A stretch of 64,000 nucleotides of DNA from positions 256,001 to 320,000 of the forward strand of contig CAVZRV010000031.1 of NCBI GenBank assembly GCA_963777605.1, in the 5' to 3' direction. This DNA is from an uncultured Acidobacteriota bacterium. Its GTDB lineage: Bacteria; Acidobacteriota; UBA6911; RPQK01; JAPXNP01. The notes under the pieces are model-generated. The model had not been told where the DNA came from, did not search any database, and saw nothing but the letters and a program-made list of their open reading frames with translations. Each line of letters opens with the position of its first letter. Position 1 is the stretch's first letter. Positions 15,935 to 25,920 of this stretch are shown one piece after another. A program made the translations under genes and the position numbers.

Positions 15935-16919
15935 ACTCAGCGGGATCCCCTGCCCTGTCAATGCCTTCTTCCAACCCTGCTCCTCGGCCCGCAGCACATT
16001 CGATGCGGTCCTCGACGTCATTCCAAAACCGGACCGCCTCGGCCAGAAAATCCATGTCCGGGATGAGCTCTTTCTGGGTCAGGTTCAATGACGTGATCTG
16101 ACGATCGAGGTAGCCGGCTTCGTCGGACGTCCCGCACCCAGGCTCCTCGGTGTCGACCCGTCTCAGCCAATCGGTCTGTCGGACGACATTTTCCAGGGCA
16201 CGGCGTCGCGCGTCGAGACTCAGGCCCTCTGCTGCCCCCTTCGCCCCGGGCAAGTCAAACACACGGGTGGGGACGACCGTGACGTTGGCAATCTGAAAGC
16301 AGCCTTCACCGTTCGTCCCGGAGCCTTCCGCCGCTGGAAAGGGAACGATTCTTGGCACCATCACCAACTGTAATTGCGCCAGATCTTCCAGGAACGTCCC
16401 CAATTCGCTCGCCTCGATCACTTTGACCACTTCCTCGATTCGAGCAGGCCCGCCAACCGGCAGCGCGAACCGGCGCGTTGCCTCCTGGTCCGCCCGCTCC
16501 ACCCGCAGGCGCGAGATCCCGTAGAACTGAAACGACTTGTCCGCGGCGAACAGGCCCGCGGGTTGCTCCAGTCCTTCGGCCGACAGCGAACCGGCATCCA
16601 CGTAGAGCCGCAACGTGAGATCGTTCCCGGCTTCGAGGGAACAGGGAGCGTTGCTTTCGGTGAACGACTCGTAGAAGCTCTTGAGCTTCTCGATCTTGCT
16701 CCACTCGGGAAGGGACGGCTGTCCGGGCACATCCTGGACCAGTCCCAGGTCCGCGGCAATCATCTCGGGAGACTTCGGGACCACAATGTCTTCGGTCTTG
16801 CACAGTTGCTGGGCCGACACTGGAACCAGGGTCGCTGCCCCCGCCAACACTATCAAGCCCATCAACAGAGAATTGATCTTCAATTTGGCCGCTGCCCTTC
16901 TGCGATATTCAACGTTCAA
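15932..16919 (-). CDS. Hypothetical secreted protein; true stop probably 15932 after a 1-nt frameshift
   Basis: N-terminal signal/TM (LLMGLIVLAGAATLVPVSAQ). The alternative frame gives VLRAEEQGWKKALTGQGIPLS* ending at 15932, whereas the tracked ORF runs into repeat G. Confidence 0.6.
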
Positions 16920-18180
16920 TTCGGATCCTCATCGGCTGGGATTGGAAATCATCGCTGGCGACAATGCGGAGTTCCTGCGACTCACCCGGTCGCAGAATAT
17001 CCTCGATTCGCCCGGTCACCTTGAGATGCCAGTCGCCGGTCAGGGGATCGCGACGCAACTCGTAGGGAACTCCTGCCGGCTGAAGATTGGAGAAGCGTGC
17101 CACCCGAACGTCCGGGCGCCCTCCGATGGGGTCGGTCGTCCCATCGGGATCAATGATGTGGCGACTGAGGTTGAAGTAGTAGTAGCCCTGGTCCCGCTCG
17201 AAGAAGTTCCACTCGTAGAAGATCCGAACGAAGTAGACGTCGCTTTCCCCGGGGCCCAGGTAAGTGGATCGCGGCGGCTCGTTCTTCAGCAGGCTGAAAC
17301 CGACCGTGAAGTCCACCTGGACCTTGTTCGCATCGAAATAGTGACCGCGCTGTTCGTAGGTCTGCCCCGGAGCCAGCGAGCGAATCGGACGGAGCCGGCC
17401 CCGGTCAAAATCGGCTTCCAGGATGGCCCCATTCTTCCACTCCCCGCCCGCCGCTCCTTCCAGCACGCGAATCTGGCGGTACCGGTCCCATCCGCCCCAC
17501 GCCCCACCTTCCTTCAGTCGTTCCGAGATCAACCGGGGGAGCGGAAACGGCCGGCCCTGGACCACGGGGATGTCTCCGAAGCGGAGTTCCTCCTGCCGCA
17601 GGAACTTGACGAGGCGACTGTACTCACCCTGCTCGCCACGGCGGTCCTGGAGTCGCCCTCTGCGGAAGAACTTGAAACCGAACCGGACGTTGTAGTCACC
17701 CGAAACCAGTCGCGTCTCGTCCCCTACGAGGTCCAGCAGGTTGAAGGTCACTCGATGCAGGACCGCCTTGTCTCCTCCGGTCAGCTGGTCCCAGCTCAGG
17801 TTGACACAGTACGGCAGGTCCGCCCGGCAGGGTTCCGAGGGAGCCAGCGTCGAAGCGAGGAGTTCCTCTCCCAGGTGGTTCTTCAGCGAGAGCACATAGA
17901 CGACGAACGTGTCGTAGGGCTGACCGAGGGAGAGGGGCTTGAATTCGATCGAAATATAGGGATCGTCCGGGGTGACCACCTCGTCCGGCGCTGCGGTCTC
18001 TCCGGCTTCGATGCTCACCGGAATGTGGAAGACGTAGTAGTAGTCCTCGAAAAAGCTGACGCCCAACTGCGTATTGAGCGCATTCTGGTAGAGAAACACC
18101 AGGGCGATGACGATTTTCGCCACGTTCATCCAGAGATTGGCGAAGTCATAGCCGGCGGCCCGGTGGATTGCATTGTTCAT
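16909..18180 (-). CDS. Hypothetical protein with N-terminal membrane anchor and beta-rich/Ig-like C-terminus
   Basis: 423-aa intact ORF overlapping the next start. Hydrophobic segment VAKIVIALVFLY. Ends ELRIVASDDFQSQPMRIRIER. Confidence 0.7.
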   Translation of the reverse strand: MNNAIHRAAGYDFANLWMNVAKIVIALVFLYQNALNTQLGVSFFEDYYYVFHIPVSIEAGETAAPDEVVTPDDPYISIEFKPLSLGQPYDTFVVYVLSLKNHLGEELLASTLAPSEPCRADLPYCVNLSWDQLTGGDKAVLHRVTFNLLDLVGDETRLVSGDYNVRFGFKFFRRGRLQDRRGEQGEYSRLVKFLRQEELRFGDIPVVQGRPFPLPRLISERLKEGGAWGGWDRYRQIRVLEGAAGGEWKNGAILEADFDRGRLRPIRSLAPGQTYEQRGHYFDANKVQVDFTVGFSLLKNEPPRSTYLGPGESDVYFVRIFYEWNFFERDQGYYYFNLSRHIIDPDGTTDPIGGRPDVRVARFSNLQPAGVPYELRRDPLTGDWHLKVTGRIEDILRPGESQELRIVASDDFQSQPMRIRIER

Positions 18181-18203
18181 ATCAGCGAGGTCTCACGAAA
18201 CGG

Positions 18204-18764
18204 TCAGCCATCCTGACGAATCGCCTTCAGTTCCGCCCTTCCGGCAAGCACTCTGAGCGCGGCGAATCCAGCAATTGAGAACACCATGACGAGCAGAAGC
18301 ACCTTGGCCAGCGTATCGATCCAAGGCACGCTTCCCGCGATGATCGGCAGCAGCATCGCCGCCGCCCCACAGAACAGACCGCACGCCGAGACCACCGTTG
18401 CCGCGGTATAGAGCTTTGATGTCGTGAGGTTGGCATCGAAGGGCGGTCGGCTGAGCGACACGTTCGCTCGCTGAAACCACTCCCGAAGCGCCGTCGGGGC
18501 AGTGCGGCCAAAGGTCACCTCGACCCCGTCGTGACTTCGTTCGGTTATTCGGCACTCACACCGCCAAACCCCTGGCAGGAAGGGATTCTTGTTCCATTCA
18601 ACCGTGAGGTCCTCGAGACCCGCCGGAGGCTCCTCCCACTCAATGAACATGCCGGCCGGACCAAGTCGAATCCGGCGGGGCACGAACGTGACCCGTTCCG
18701 AATCCGGTCCAGGATAGGTCACTTTGAGATCAAGTCCTGCCAGACCCAATTCGCACAGCTTCAT
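18204..18764 (-). CDS. Hypothetical membrane protein: PilZ-like soluble domain plus two C-terminal TM helices
   Basis: RBS AAAGGA before MKLCEL. The pattern LGPAGMFIE...CRITERSHDGVEVTF resembles a PilZ beta-barrel. Two hydrophobic helices follow. Confidence 0.6.
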   Translation of the reverse strand: MKLCELGLAGLDLKVTYPGPDSERVTFVPRRIRLGPAGMFIEWEEPPAGLEDLTVEWNKNPFLPGVWRCECRITERSHDGVEVTFGRTAPTALREWFQRANVSLSRPPFDANLTTSKLYTAATVVSACGLFCGAAAMLLPIIAGSVPWIDTLAKVLLLVMVFSIAGFAALRVLAGRAELKAIRQDG

Positions 18765-19263
18765 TCCTTTTACACCCTCTCCGTGAGGCACCGTCTGCAC
18801 GAGGCGCCACTGCCACCGGACGATCGACCGGCGATACTGCCGCTGGGACAAGTCACCGTCACGCAGGATGGGAACCGGTCGCACTACCGGTCGAATTTCC
18901 AGGATCGAATCGAAGCCCCCACCCGGCGGATTCCGTTATCTTACCCGCCAACGGCAGAAATTCAATAGACGGACGGAAATCATCGGAGTCCAACCTGTGG
19001 CACACCGCCGTCCGGTTAGCTTCTGCGGCTGCCTCTCGGATTCATTTGGAATGCGTGAACCGACAGGTTTCGCTTTGGGACCGGGCAGGTCGGCCGGAAG
19101 CAAAAGCTTCCGCCGTGGGGGCAAGAGCTGAACCTCTCGATTCAGCACCAAATGAGCGTGGGTTTGGGCTTGGGGTGCTTCCGTAGTCTGAATCCCGGGC
19201 TGCCGATACCGGGCAATCGATGGTGGAACCTGGTACGGAACACGTTGGCCCTGGAATTGCGAA

Positions 19264-20130
19264 CTATTCAACGGGTTGACCGGAACCTTCAAGCTCCGGG
19301 TAGTGCTTCACCAGGCAATCAGGGCAAACTCCGTGCGTGAATCCAGCGTCTGAATGCTGCGCCACATAGTTCTCAACCTGATCCCAGTACCCCTTATCAT
19401 TTCGTATTTTCTTGCAGAATGAGCAGATGGGCAGGATACCCCTGAGAGTCTTTACTTCAGCCAGCGTCTTTTCCAGGCGTCCCACCGTCTTGAGCAGTCT
19501 TTCGATGATCGGATCGATGATCTTGACGAATACGCCCGCCCCAATCGTAATCACCAGGATTGCGATGAGCGCGCTCAGCAGAGCAGCCCTGACGAAGGGT
19601 GCCCTGATTTCCGAAAGATCAATCTTCGACACGATCCCAAGGTCCAGGACGGCTACCGGCTCATAGGCGGCAAGCACCCGTTCTCCCCGATAGTCGAGAC
19701 CGACGATTGTCCCGGATTGCCCCTTCAATGCCAACCGCATGGGCTCGGCCAGATCAGAAATCCAGGGAATCGGTCGTGGATTGCTGAGATCGAAGTGACG
19801 ATGATTCAAGAGAAAGACGATTTGGTCATTCTCCTTCGCCGACAGCGTCAGCTCGCCACTCTTGCCAAACCCGCCATAGTTGGCATGGGCTTCCCGTATT
19901 TGGTCGAGTGTCGCCTGCCTCGCCCCGAGTGGATAATCGCCGCTGTAGTTCTGGTCAAAGCGAGCGACCGCTTCAATCATTCGAGCCTGGCTCTTGGCGA
20001 TCCCTTCAAGACGCAAACGTTCTTCTTCAAACGCAGTCTGGTATAGAAGGCCGATCGCAATCGACTCGACAACAAGAACTACCAACGACATAATGCCGAT
20101 CAAAAGCGCGATTCTCTTACGGAAATTCAT
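19264..20130 (-). CDS. Membrane sensor (Cache-like periplasmic domain) with C-terminal Cys/His zinc-binding-like domain
   Basis: TM - DYRGERVLAAYEPV - TM - LRGILPICSFCKKIR...W..VE.Y...H...FTHGVCPDC. Confidence 0.8.
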   Translation of the reverse strand: MNFRKRIALLIGIMSLVVLVVESIAIGLLYQTAFEEERLRLEGIAKSQARMIEAVARFDQNYSGDYPLGARQATLDQIREAHANYGGFGKSGELTLSAKENDQIVFLLNHRHFDLSNPRPIPWISDLAEPMRLALKGQSGTIVGLDYRGERVLAAYEPVAVLDLGIVSKIDLSEIRAPFVRAALLSALIAILVITIGAGVFVKIIDPIIERLLKTVGRLEKTLAEVKTLRGILPICSFCKKIRNDKGYWDQVENYVAQHSDAGFTHGVCPDCLVKHYPELEGSGQPVE

Positions 20131-20336
20131 CCGGGGCCTCTCTTCGTTTCGGCTGGTGATTTCGCTGCCCCATCGAAGCCCGGTAACCGAGTCGGGTGAA
20201 GATCATCAGTCTGCAGTCAGGCGATTTCGTTCAATCTGTTCGCAACGCGATTCGGAAACTCCCAAAGTTGGGCATACTGTCTCCCGCGGCCTAAAAGGGA
20301 CCGCGCCGATCCAACCGGAGATCGAAAATGAGGATG

Positions 20337-21659
20337 TCACCGTTGCCTGTCGCCGATTTTCGCTGGATCCCAGCCATCGAAATGAACCGGAGTCTCCTGC
20401 AACCAACGTTGGAAGAACGTCTGCCAGGCCGGATCGATGTTGGGTCCGTTGGCGTGGTGACCGTCCGCGGTGGACGCGAAAACCAGGCGCTCGCCGATCC
20501 CGAGTAGTTCGTAGACTTCTTTGGCCCGGTTGAAGTAACCCCAGCTCTCGAGATCGTCCGAGTCTCCGCCCTGGTCTTCCGACTGGCTCCCCCCGATGAG
20601 CAGGAAGGGGCGCGGTGCGGCCATCGCCAGCAGTTCGTGGTGGTTTCGCTCGAACCCGGGGCGGCCGGGGTCGGGGTTGAGAAGGCTCTGCACCGTCCCC
20701 CTGAGTTCTGGAATCGCGTAATCACCGGTTTCTATGTCAGGAAACCGGTGTTGCCAGTCCAGGTACCATTTGGAATAGTAGTTGGTCCCCCCGTTGATCG
20801 CGATGTGGGGGTCAACCGCGACAACTGCCGTGATTTCAGGAGCCAATGCCCCCACATAAACCGCGGTCTTGGCACTCAACGAGAAGCCGATGAAGCCGAT
20901 CCGGCTGCTGTCCACCTCCGGGCGGGACTTCAGGTAGAACACCTCCCGCTGAACATCGTGAACCATCTTGGCCATCGGAAGCCACCGGCCAAACCGTCCA
21001 TACAGCAACTCGGACGCTCCTGTTCCGTAGGTCGTCCCGTCACGGTAGTTGCGGATGAACGACCAACTCGTGAGTACAACAAATCCATGGGAGGCCAGAT
21101 ATTCGCCCCACCAGATTTCCGGCTGTTGATAGTCGGGTGTGGTAGAGGTCCAGGCAATCACCGCCGGGAAGGGACCCGGTCCCTGGCCTCGCGGCAGAAG
21201 GAGAAGGTGTTTTTGGTAGAAGTCGACCTCAATGGGGATTTCCAGGTCGATTCGGGTGTAGTGGTCACGTTCTTCGGTACTGTTGATCTGAACCTTCGTC
21301 ACGTCTCCGAACCACTGCGCATCCTGTCGATCCGGCCCCAGCTTGCCCAGCACCTTGGTCCACAATGCAACCAGTTCGGGCCGGCGCCGGCCGTACCACT
21401 CCTCGGCGGTGGTGACCACGTTGCCGTTCTCCATCCGAAGCGGGGAAATCAGCGGAGTTTTCTCCTGTCCGGTTTCCGGGGCCGGAGTCCCACGGCTGTT
21501 TGCGACATGGTAGTTCCGCCGCTCCAACTCCCGTTGAGCCGGAACCGGAACCACGACGTCGGTCGGCTCCGTCTGGGCGAGCCCGGTCGGAAGACTACCG
21601 GCAAACACGGCCATGAAGAAGGTGAACAATCCCAGACGAGAGAGGTATCCGTTGTTCAT
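20337..21659 (-). CDS. Secreted alpha/beta hydrolase (dienelactone hydrolase / esterase-like)
   Basis: Signal peptide. GPFPAVI, EVDSSRIGFIGFSLSA nucleophile elbow, HHELLAMAAPRPFLLIGG, GH. Confidence 0.8.
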   Translation of the reverse strand: MNNGYLSRLGLFTFFMAVFAGSLPTGLAQTEPTDVVVPVPAQRELERRNYHVANSRGTPAPETGQEKTPLISPLRMENGNVVTTAEEWYGRRRPELVALWTKVLGKLGPDRQDAQWFGDVTKVQINSTEERDHYTRIDLEIPIEVDFYQKHLLLLPRGQGPGPFPAVIAWTSTTPDYQQPEIWWGEYLASHGFVVLTSWSFIRNYRDGTTYGTGASELLYGRFGRWLPMAKMVHDVQREVFYLKSRPEVDSSRIGFIGFSLSAKTAVYVGALAPEITAVVAVDPHIAINGGTNYYSKWYLDWQHRFPDIETGDYAIPELRGTVQSLLNPDPGRPGFERNHHELLAMAAPRPFLLIGGSQSEDQGGDSDDLESWGYFNRAKEVYELLGIGERLVFASTADGHHANGPNIDPAWQTFFQRWLQETPVHFDGWDPAKIGDRQR

Positions 21660-21721
21660 GATGTCCCTTCGAATCAACCCACGAAAGATACCAGTAACTG
21701 CTGAAGCCGTATACCTGCACC

Positions 21722-23404
21722 TCAACACGGGAGAGAATTGAGATCGAACAACTCTTCGTCATCCATCTCTCTGGTCGGCTCCAGGAATCGACTCACCCGC
21801 TCCTTGAGATCGCCACACTGGAACGCCAGGTCGGGGTAAGCGCGGGCGACGTTCTCGAGCCCATCCCGAAGCCCCGTCAGAATCCCCAGCGTGGCATCGA
21901 TGTCGTCAGCAGCCTGGGCCTCAACGGTATCGCGCAACTGACAGTACGTGTGCCGAAGGCCGCTGACCATCCCATCTCGCGCGCCAGCCGTCGCATTCTC
22001 TCCTGCGAAAGCTTCTTCGTCCAGCCTCTGCAGATCCACGATGAGTTCGCTCAACGGCATTCCAATCGCGAACAACCGGGCCGCGAGCGGCGCTTCGGAA
22101 TAGTGGCGGGCCGAAAAGCTCATTTTCCAGACAAGGTCGGGGTCCACCCAGCCGTCGCCAGGGAACCGCACTCCAAGCCGCGTCTCTTCGGCATGTTGCT
22201 CCTCGAAACGTCTATTGAACTCCTCGTGCTGGTGTTGTTCCGCTTCCCATTCGTCGCGGGTCTCGTGCCAGAGCGAAAAGGCGAAGTCGTCATCCATGCC
22301 GCTGCCGTCGAGATGCCAGAAGACCGGCCCGGGCAACTCGGCCTGCATTTCGCAGAACGGGCAGTCGGGATCGACAATCGACTCCTCAGGGCTCATGGCT
22401 TCCGGGATCCGGACCCGTTCGTTGTGCATAATGCTTCGCGGAGTCCGGCCGTGAAACTCCGGATCCGGCGAATCGAACCACCATTCGCGCATTTCGGCCA
22501 GGCGCTCGATTTCCCCAGCGATGAAGTCCTCCCGGTTCAGGCCCTCCGGCTTCGAACTTTCGCAGTCAGCAACGTTATGGCGACAAGCCCACATCAACTC
22601 TCTCGCGAGCTCGTAATAGGAAACCAACTCGTGGGTACCGAATCCGGCCAGTCGATATGCTGCCGAATCGCGATTAAGCCCAGGCGGGCATTGCCCAGTT
22701 CGCGACCACTGCAACTCCCGGTCCTGCAGGTCGGCACAGATGAAATCCCGTTTGGCCAACATGGCTTGCCGGGGTGACTGGCCACGCAGATCGTGGCGCG
22801 ACTCCATCATCCACCGGACGTGGATGTCGCGCACCAGGTCGTACTCCCGCTGATAGGCCGGATCCGCCCAATCCGCTTTGGCGGGCATCCCCTGACCGTG
22901 GAAAGCCTCAAGACACTCTCCCGCGATAAACCGAAGCAGCGGCTCGCCGTAAACCACCTTACGGACGTCGAGAGGCGGCTCCGCGGCACGCCTGAGCCGG
23001 CGTTCTGCAGCCTGCACCCGCCAATCGGTCGCATCGTCCGATAAAAGCCAATCGTCCGACAAATGGTATCCAACTCCAAGGTCCGTGGCACTGTTTCCGT
23101 CGTGGTATTCCACGACTCCTTCCGGATTGGCTGCGGAATAGGTTGAATCACAGACAACAAGCCGGGCCGCCAGATCAACAATCACCAGTCCCGCATCGTG
23201 GGGTCTCTCTCCGCCAGATGCCGAAAAGCCTCCAAAAAAGGTCCCTTTACCTCGTGCCATGAACCGTTCCAAGGCCGCATCCAGTTCCTCGATTGTCTCC
23301 GGTTCGGCGCTCAACGCCGCAATGACACGGTCGGCGAAACTGCCGTGTTGCTTTGCCTGAACCTCGCGGTGTGCGTCACAAATCACCAGTCGTACTTCAC
23401 TCAT
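21722..23404 (-). CDS. Conserved-looking hypothetical protein (560 aa)
   Basis: Intact acidic ORF with RBS GGAGG, DCPFC motif and two W-x7-G-x-[TS]-P-R motifs. Confidence 0.7.
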   Translation of the reverse strand: MSEVRLVICDAHREVQAKQHGSFADRVIAALSAEPETIEELDAALERFMARGKGTFFGGFSASGGERPHDAGLVIVDLAARLVVCDSTYSAANPEGVVEYHDGNSATDLGVGYHLSDDWLLSDDATDWRVQAAERRLRRAAEPPLDVRKVVYGEPLLRFIAGECLEAFHGQGMPAKADWADPAYQREYDLVRDIHVRWMMESRHDLRGQSPRQAMLAKRDFICADLQDRELQWSRTGQCPPGLNRDSAAYRLAGFGTHELVSYYELARELMWACRHNVADCESSKPEGLNREDFIAGEIERLAEMREWWFDSPDPEFHGRTPRSIMHNERVRIPEAMSPEESIVDPDCPFCEMQAELPGPVFWHLDGSGMDDDFAFSLWHETRDEWEAEQHQHEEFNRRFEEQHAEETRLGVRFPGDGWVDPDLVWKMSFSARHYSEAPLAARLFAIGMPLSELIVDLQRLDEEAFAGENATAGARDGMVSGLRHTYCQLRDTVEAQAADDIDATLGILTGLRDGLENVARAYPDLAFQCGDLKERVSRFLEPTREMDDEELFDLNSLPC

Positions 23405-23703
23405 CTCACCCCTCCTTGATCCTACAATTTCGAATCGCCTTTACTCCAGGCCGACTCGTTTGCAACCACTTGCTCCTTCTACGTCGCCGGGCCCCAGGCG
23501 GGATCTTCCGGCATCGACCTCGAATGGTCGGACGGTCTTCACCTACAAATAACGTTTGAGTCTCCAAATCTGCGGGAATAAGAGCGACAAAAGGGGAGGT
23601 GTAACGTTGACTCGAGAAACGCCGTGAATGAGAGTGTGGATCACGAGGCTGGCCTGACCCGCCGAGCGGCATCGCTGTCCGGTAGTCCCAGACAGGAAAC
23701 AAA

Positions 23704-23868
23704 ATGGAACCGTCAGCGCGGGAGAATGTCACACCGTTGCTGTTGAACTGGCGAAAGGGTGACAAGAGTGCCCTCGACCGCCTGATTCCGCTCGCACACG
23801 GCGAACTGGCCTTTGCAAAAGGTTGGTTGTATCGTGAGTTGACTCCCGGGAGCACCGATGAACGATGA
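23704..23868 (+). pseudogene. Internally deleted ECF sigma factor (TIGR02999-type), 54 aa
   Basis: Manual translation MEPSARENVTPLLLNWRKGDKSALDRLIPLAHGEL|AFAKGWLYRELTPGSTDER joins the family N-terminus directly to its C-terminus. Overlaps the kinase start. Confidence 0.8.
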
Positions 23869-25690
23869 CAGAAGGACACGTCTCAAGGATCTCTTCTCAC
23901 GGGCGATCGACCTCGCCCCCAGGGAGCGGGCGAGCTTTCTGGAGGGATCGTGTCCGGACGACCCCAGCCTCGGCACAGAAGTGGCGGAGTTGATTGCAGC
24001 CAGCGAAAGGGGCGACCACCTGTTCGGCCGGATCGTCGAGGATGAAGCCGAGTCTCTCGCTGACACCCGGAATACGGACGTGGTGTCAGACTCCAACGGC
24101 TCCGGCATCCCCCTGATCGAGTTGGTTGAAGGGGAGGCGCCACGGCAAACGTCCGACTACCAGCAGACTCTCCGCGACCGTCTCAAAGCCGCCGGCATCG
24201 TCCTCTCCGTGATCACCGGAGCTTCCTCGCTCCTGAGTCTGCGGCATCCGCCACCCATACCGATCTGGTCACTCCAGTTCGGCCAGTTCCTGGTGGTGTT
24301 CGCCATGACGATGATTCTGATCCGGCGAGGAGCGCGTTTGAGCTCGAGACTCCTGCGTACCCTCGAGTACACAATGGTTGCCTCGATGACGGTCTACTTC
24401 TCGGCGATCAGGTACTGGCTGCTGGCCGACATCGCCCGGGGAGAAAGACCAGGCGGACTTGCCGCCCAGATCGGATTGCTCACCGGTATCCCCTTTCTTT
24501 TGCTGATCTTCATCTACGCGTTGTTCATTCCCAATTCGTGGAAGAGAGCTGCCTGGATTATCGTCCCGGTGGCGCTGGCTCCGTCGGGAGTCCGGTGGAT
24601 GGTCGAGCTGCAGTACCCGGACTCACCCCAGTGGCGGCAGCCGGAAGGTCTTCCGTTCCTGATCCTGACCAGCCTGGTGGCACTTTACGGTGTCCACGTC
24701 GTCAATTCGCTGAGAAGAGAAGTCTTCAAAGCCCGCCAGTTGGGCCAGTACCGGCTCACCGAGCAGATCGGCCGGGGCGGCATGGGTGAAGTCTGGAAAG
24801 CGGAACATCGAACGCTCTCGAGGCCTGCGGCAATCAAGCTCATCAGGCCCGAAACCCTCGGTGCCAAGAGCCCCGAAGACGCCCGGACGACTCTGCGCCG
24901 TTTCGAACGAGAGGCCGAGGCGATGGCCAACCTGACGTCGGTCCACACGATCACTGTCTTCGACTTCGGCTTGACCGAAACCGGCACCTTCTACTACGTC
25001 ATGGAACTCCTCGACGGGATGGACTCGGAGACCCTCGTGAAACGCTACGGGCCGCTGCAGCCGGCCCGCGTCGCCTACCTGCTCATGCAGGCCTGCGAAT
25101 CCCTCGAAGAGGCCCACCAGAACGGTTTCATTCACCGGGATATCAAGCCGGCGAACATTTTCGTTTGTCGGCGGGGATTGCGCCACGATTTCGTGAAAGT
25201 GCTGGACTTTGGACTGGTCACCCCATTCGGCGAGACCCGGGAGAGGAAGCAGAGACTGACCCAGGAAGGCGCGCTGACCGGAACCCCGGGATACATCTCC
25301 CCCGAACAGGCTCTCAATCGGCCGCTTGACGGCCGGGCCGACATCTACGCGCTCGGCTGTGTCGGATACTGGATGCTGACCGGGAAGCTGGTATTCGAAT
25401 CGGAGAATTTTATCGAGGTCATGGCCAGCCATCTCAAAGCCACTCCGCCACCTCCGTCCGAACGAATCGGGAGAGATCTCCCACGCGACCTGGAACAGCT
25501 GATTCTCGCCTGTCTCGAAAAGGACCCCGCCCATCGGCCGGAGTCGGCGAGGAACCTCTCGAACCGATTGGCCGCCTGCCGGTTCGATCAACCCTGGGAT
25601 AGCGATCAGGCTGAGCGCTGGTGGAACAGCCGACAAAGCGCCCCCGTCCCGGCCGTTCAGCTCATCGACCGGAACAGTCAAACGCTGTAG
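23858..25690 (+). CDS. Hanks-type Ser/Thr protein kinase with multi-TM N-terminal region
   Basis: IGRGGMGEVW, AIKLI, IHRDIKPAN, VKVLDFGL, GTPGYISPEQ, DGRADIYALG. About 5 hydrophobic helices precede the kinase domain. Confidence 0.95.
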   Translation: MNDDRRTRLKDLFSRAIDLAPRERASFLEGSCPDDPSLGTEVAELIAASERGDHLFGRIVEDEAESLADTRNTDVVSDSNGSGIPLIELVEGEAPRQTSDYQQTLRDRLKAAGIVLSVITGASSLLSLRHPPPIPIWSLQFGQFLVVFAMTMILIRRGARLSSRLLRTLEYTMVASMTVYFSAIRYWLLADIARGERPGGLAAQIGLLTGIPFLLLIFIYALFIPNSWKRAAWIIVPVALAPSGVRWMVELQYPDSPQWRQPEGLPFLILTSLVALYGVHVVNSLRREVFKARQLGQYRLTEQIGRGGMGEVWKAEHRTLSRPAAIKLIRPETLGAKSPEDARTTLRRFEREAEAMANLTSVHTITVFDFGLTETGTFYYVMELLDGMDSETLVKRYGPLQPARVAYLLMQACESLEEAHQNGFIHRDIKPANIFVCRRGLRHDFVKVLDFGLVTPFGETRERKQRLTQEGALTGTPGYISPEQALNRPLDGRADIYALGCVGYWMLTGKLVFESENFIEVMASHLKATPPPPSERIGRDLPRDLEQLILACLEKDPAHRPESARNLSNRLAACRFDQPWDSDQAERWWNSRQSAPVPAVQLIDRNSQTL

Positions 25691-25920
25691 ATCTCGTTCT
25701 GCCGGCGGCCGTTGCCAGCACCCTGCCCAGTTTCTCCGCTCACGTGAGCTGTCGAAAAACTGCAGAATGGGTTTCTGATCCAACACTTGTTCGGTTATGA
25801 TAGGCGCTTCTTGAATTCTGCGCCGAACCACCTTGTGAGATCGACCGTTTGGAGTCAGGGAGACTGGCTGCTCGGGCGCTTACGAGCTGAAATTTACATT
25901 TCAAGTACAGAGGTTGGCAA

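Noticed and set aside
16681-18216. Long antisense ORFs (also 39559..41247, 24623..25831, 20637..21704)
   Set aside because: Shadow ORFs expected opposite real genes in high-GC DNA. No RBS or motifs.
18884-19260. Possible structured RNA or riboswitch upstream of the orphan operon
   Set aside because: Only short GC hairpins are visible and I cannot match a known aptamer. An Rfam/Infernal search would be needed.
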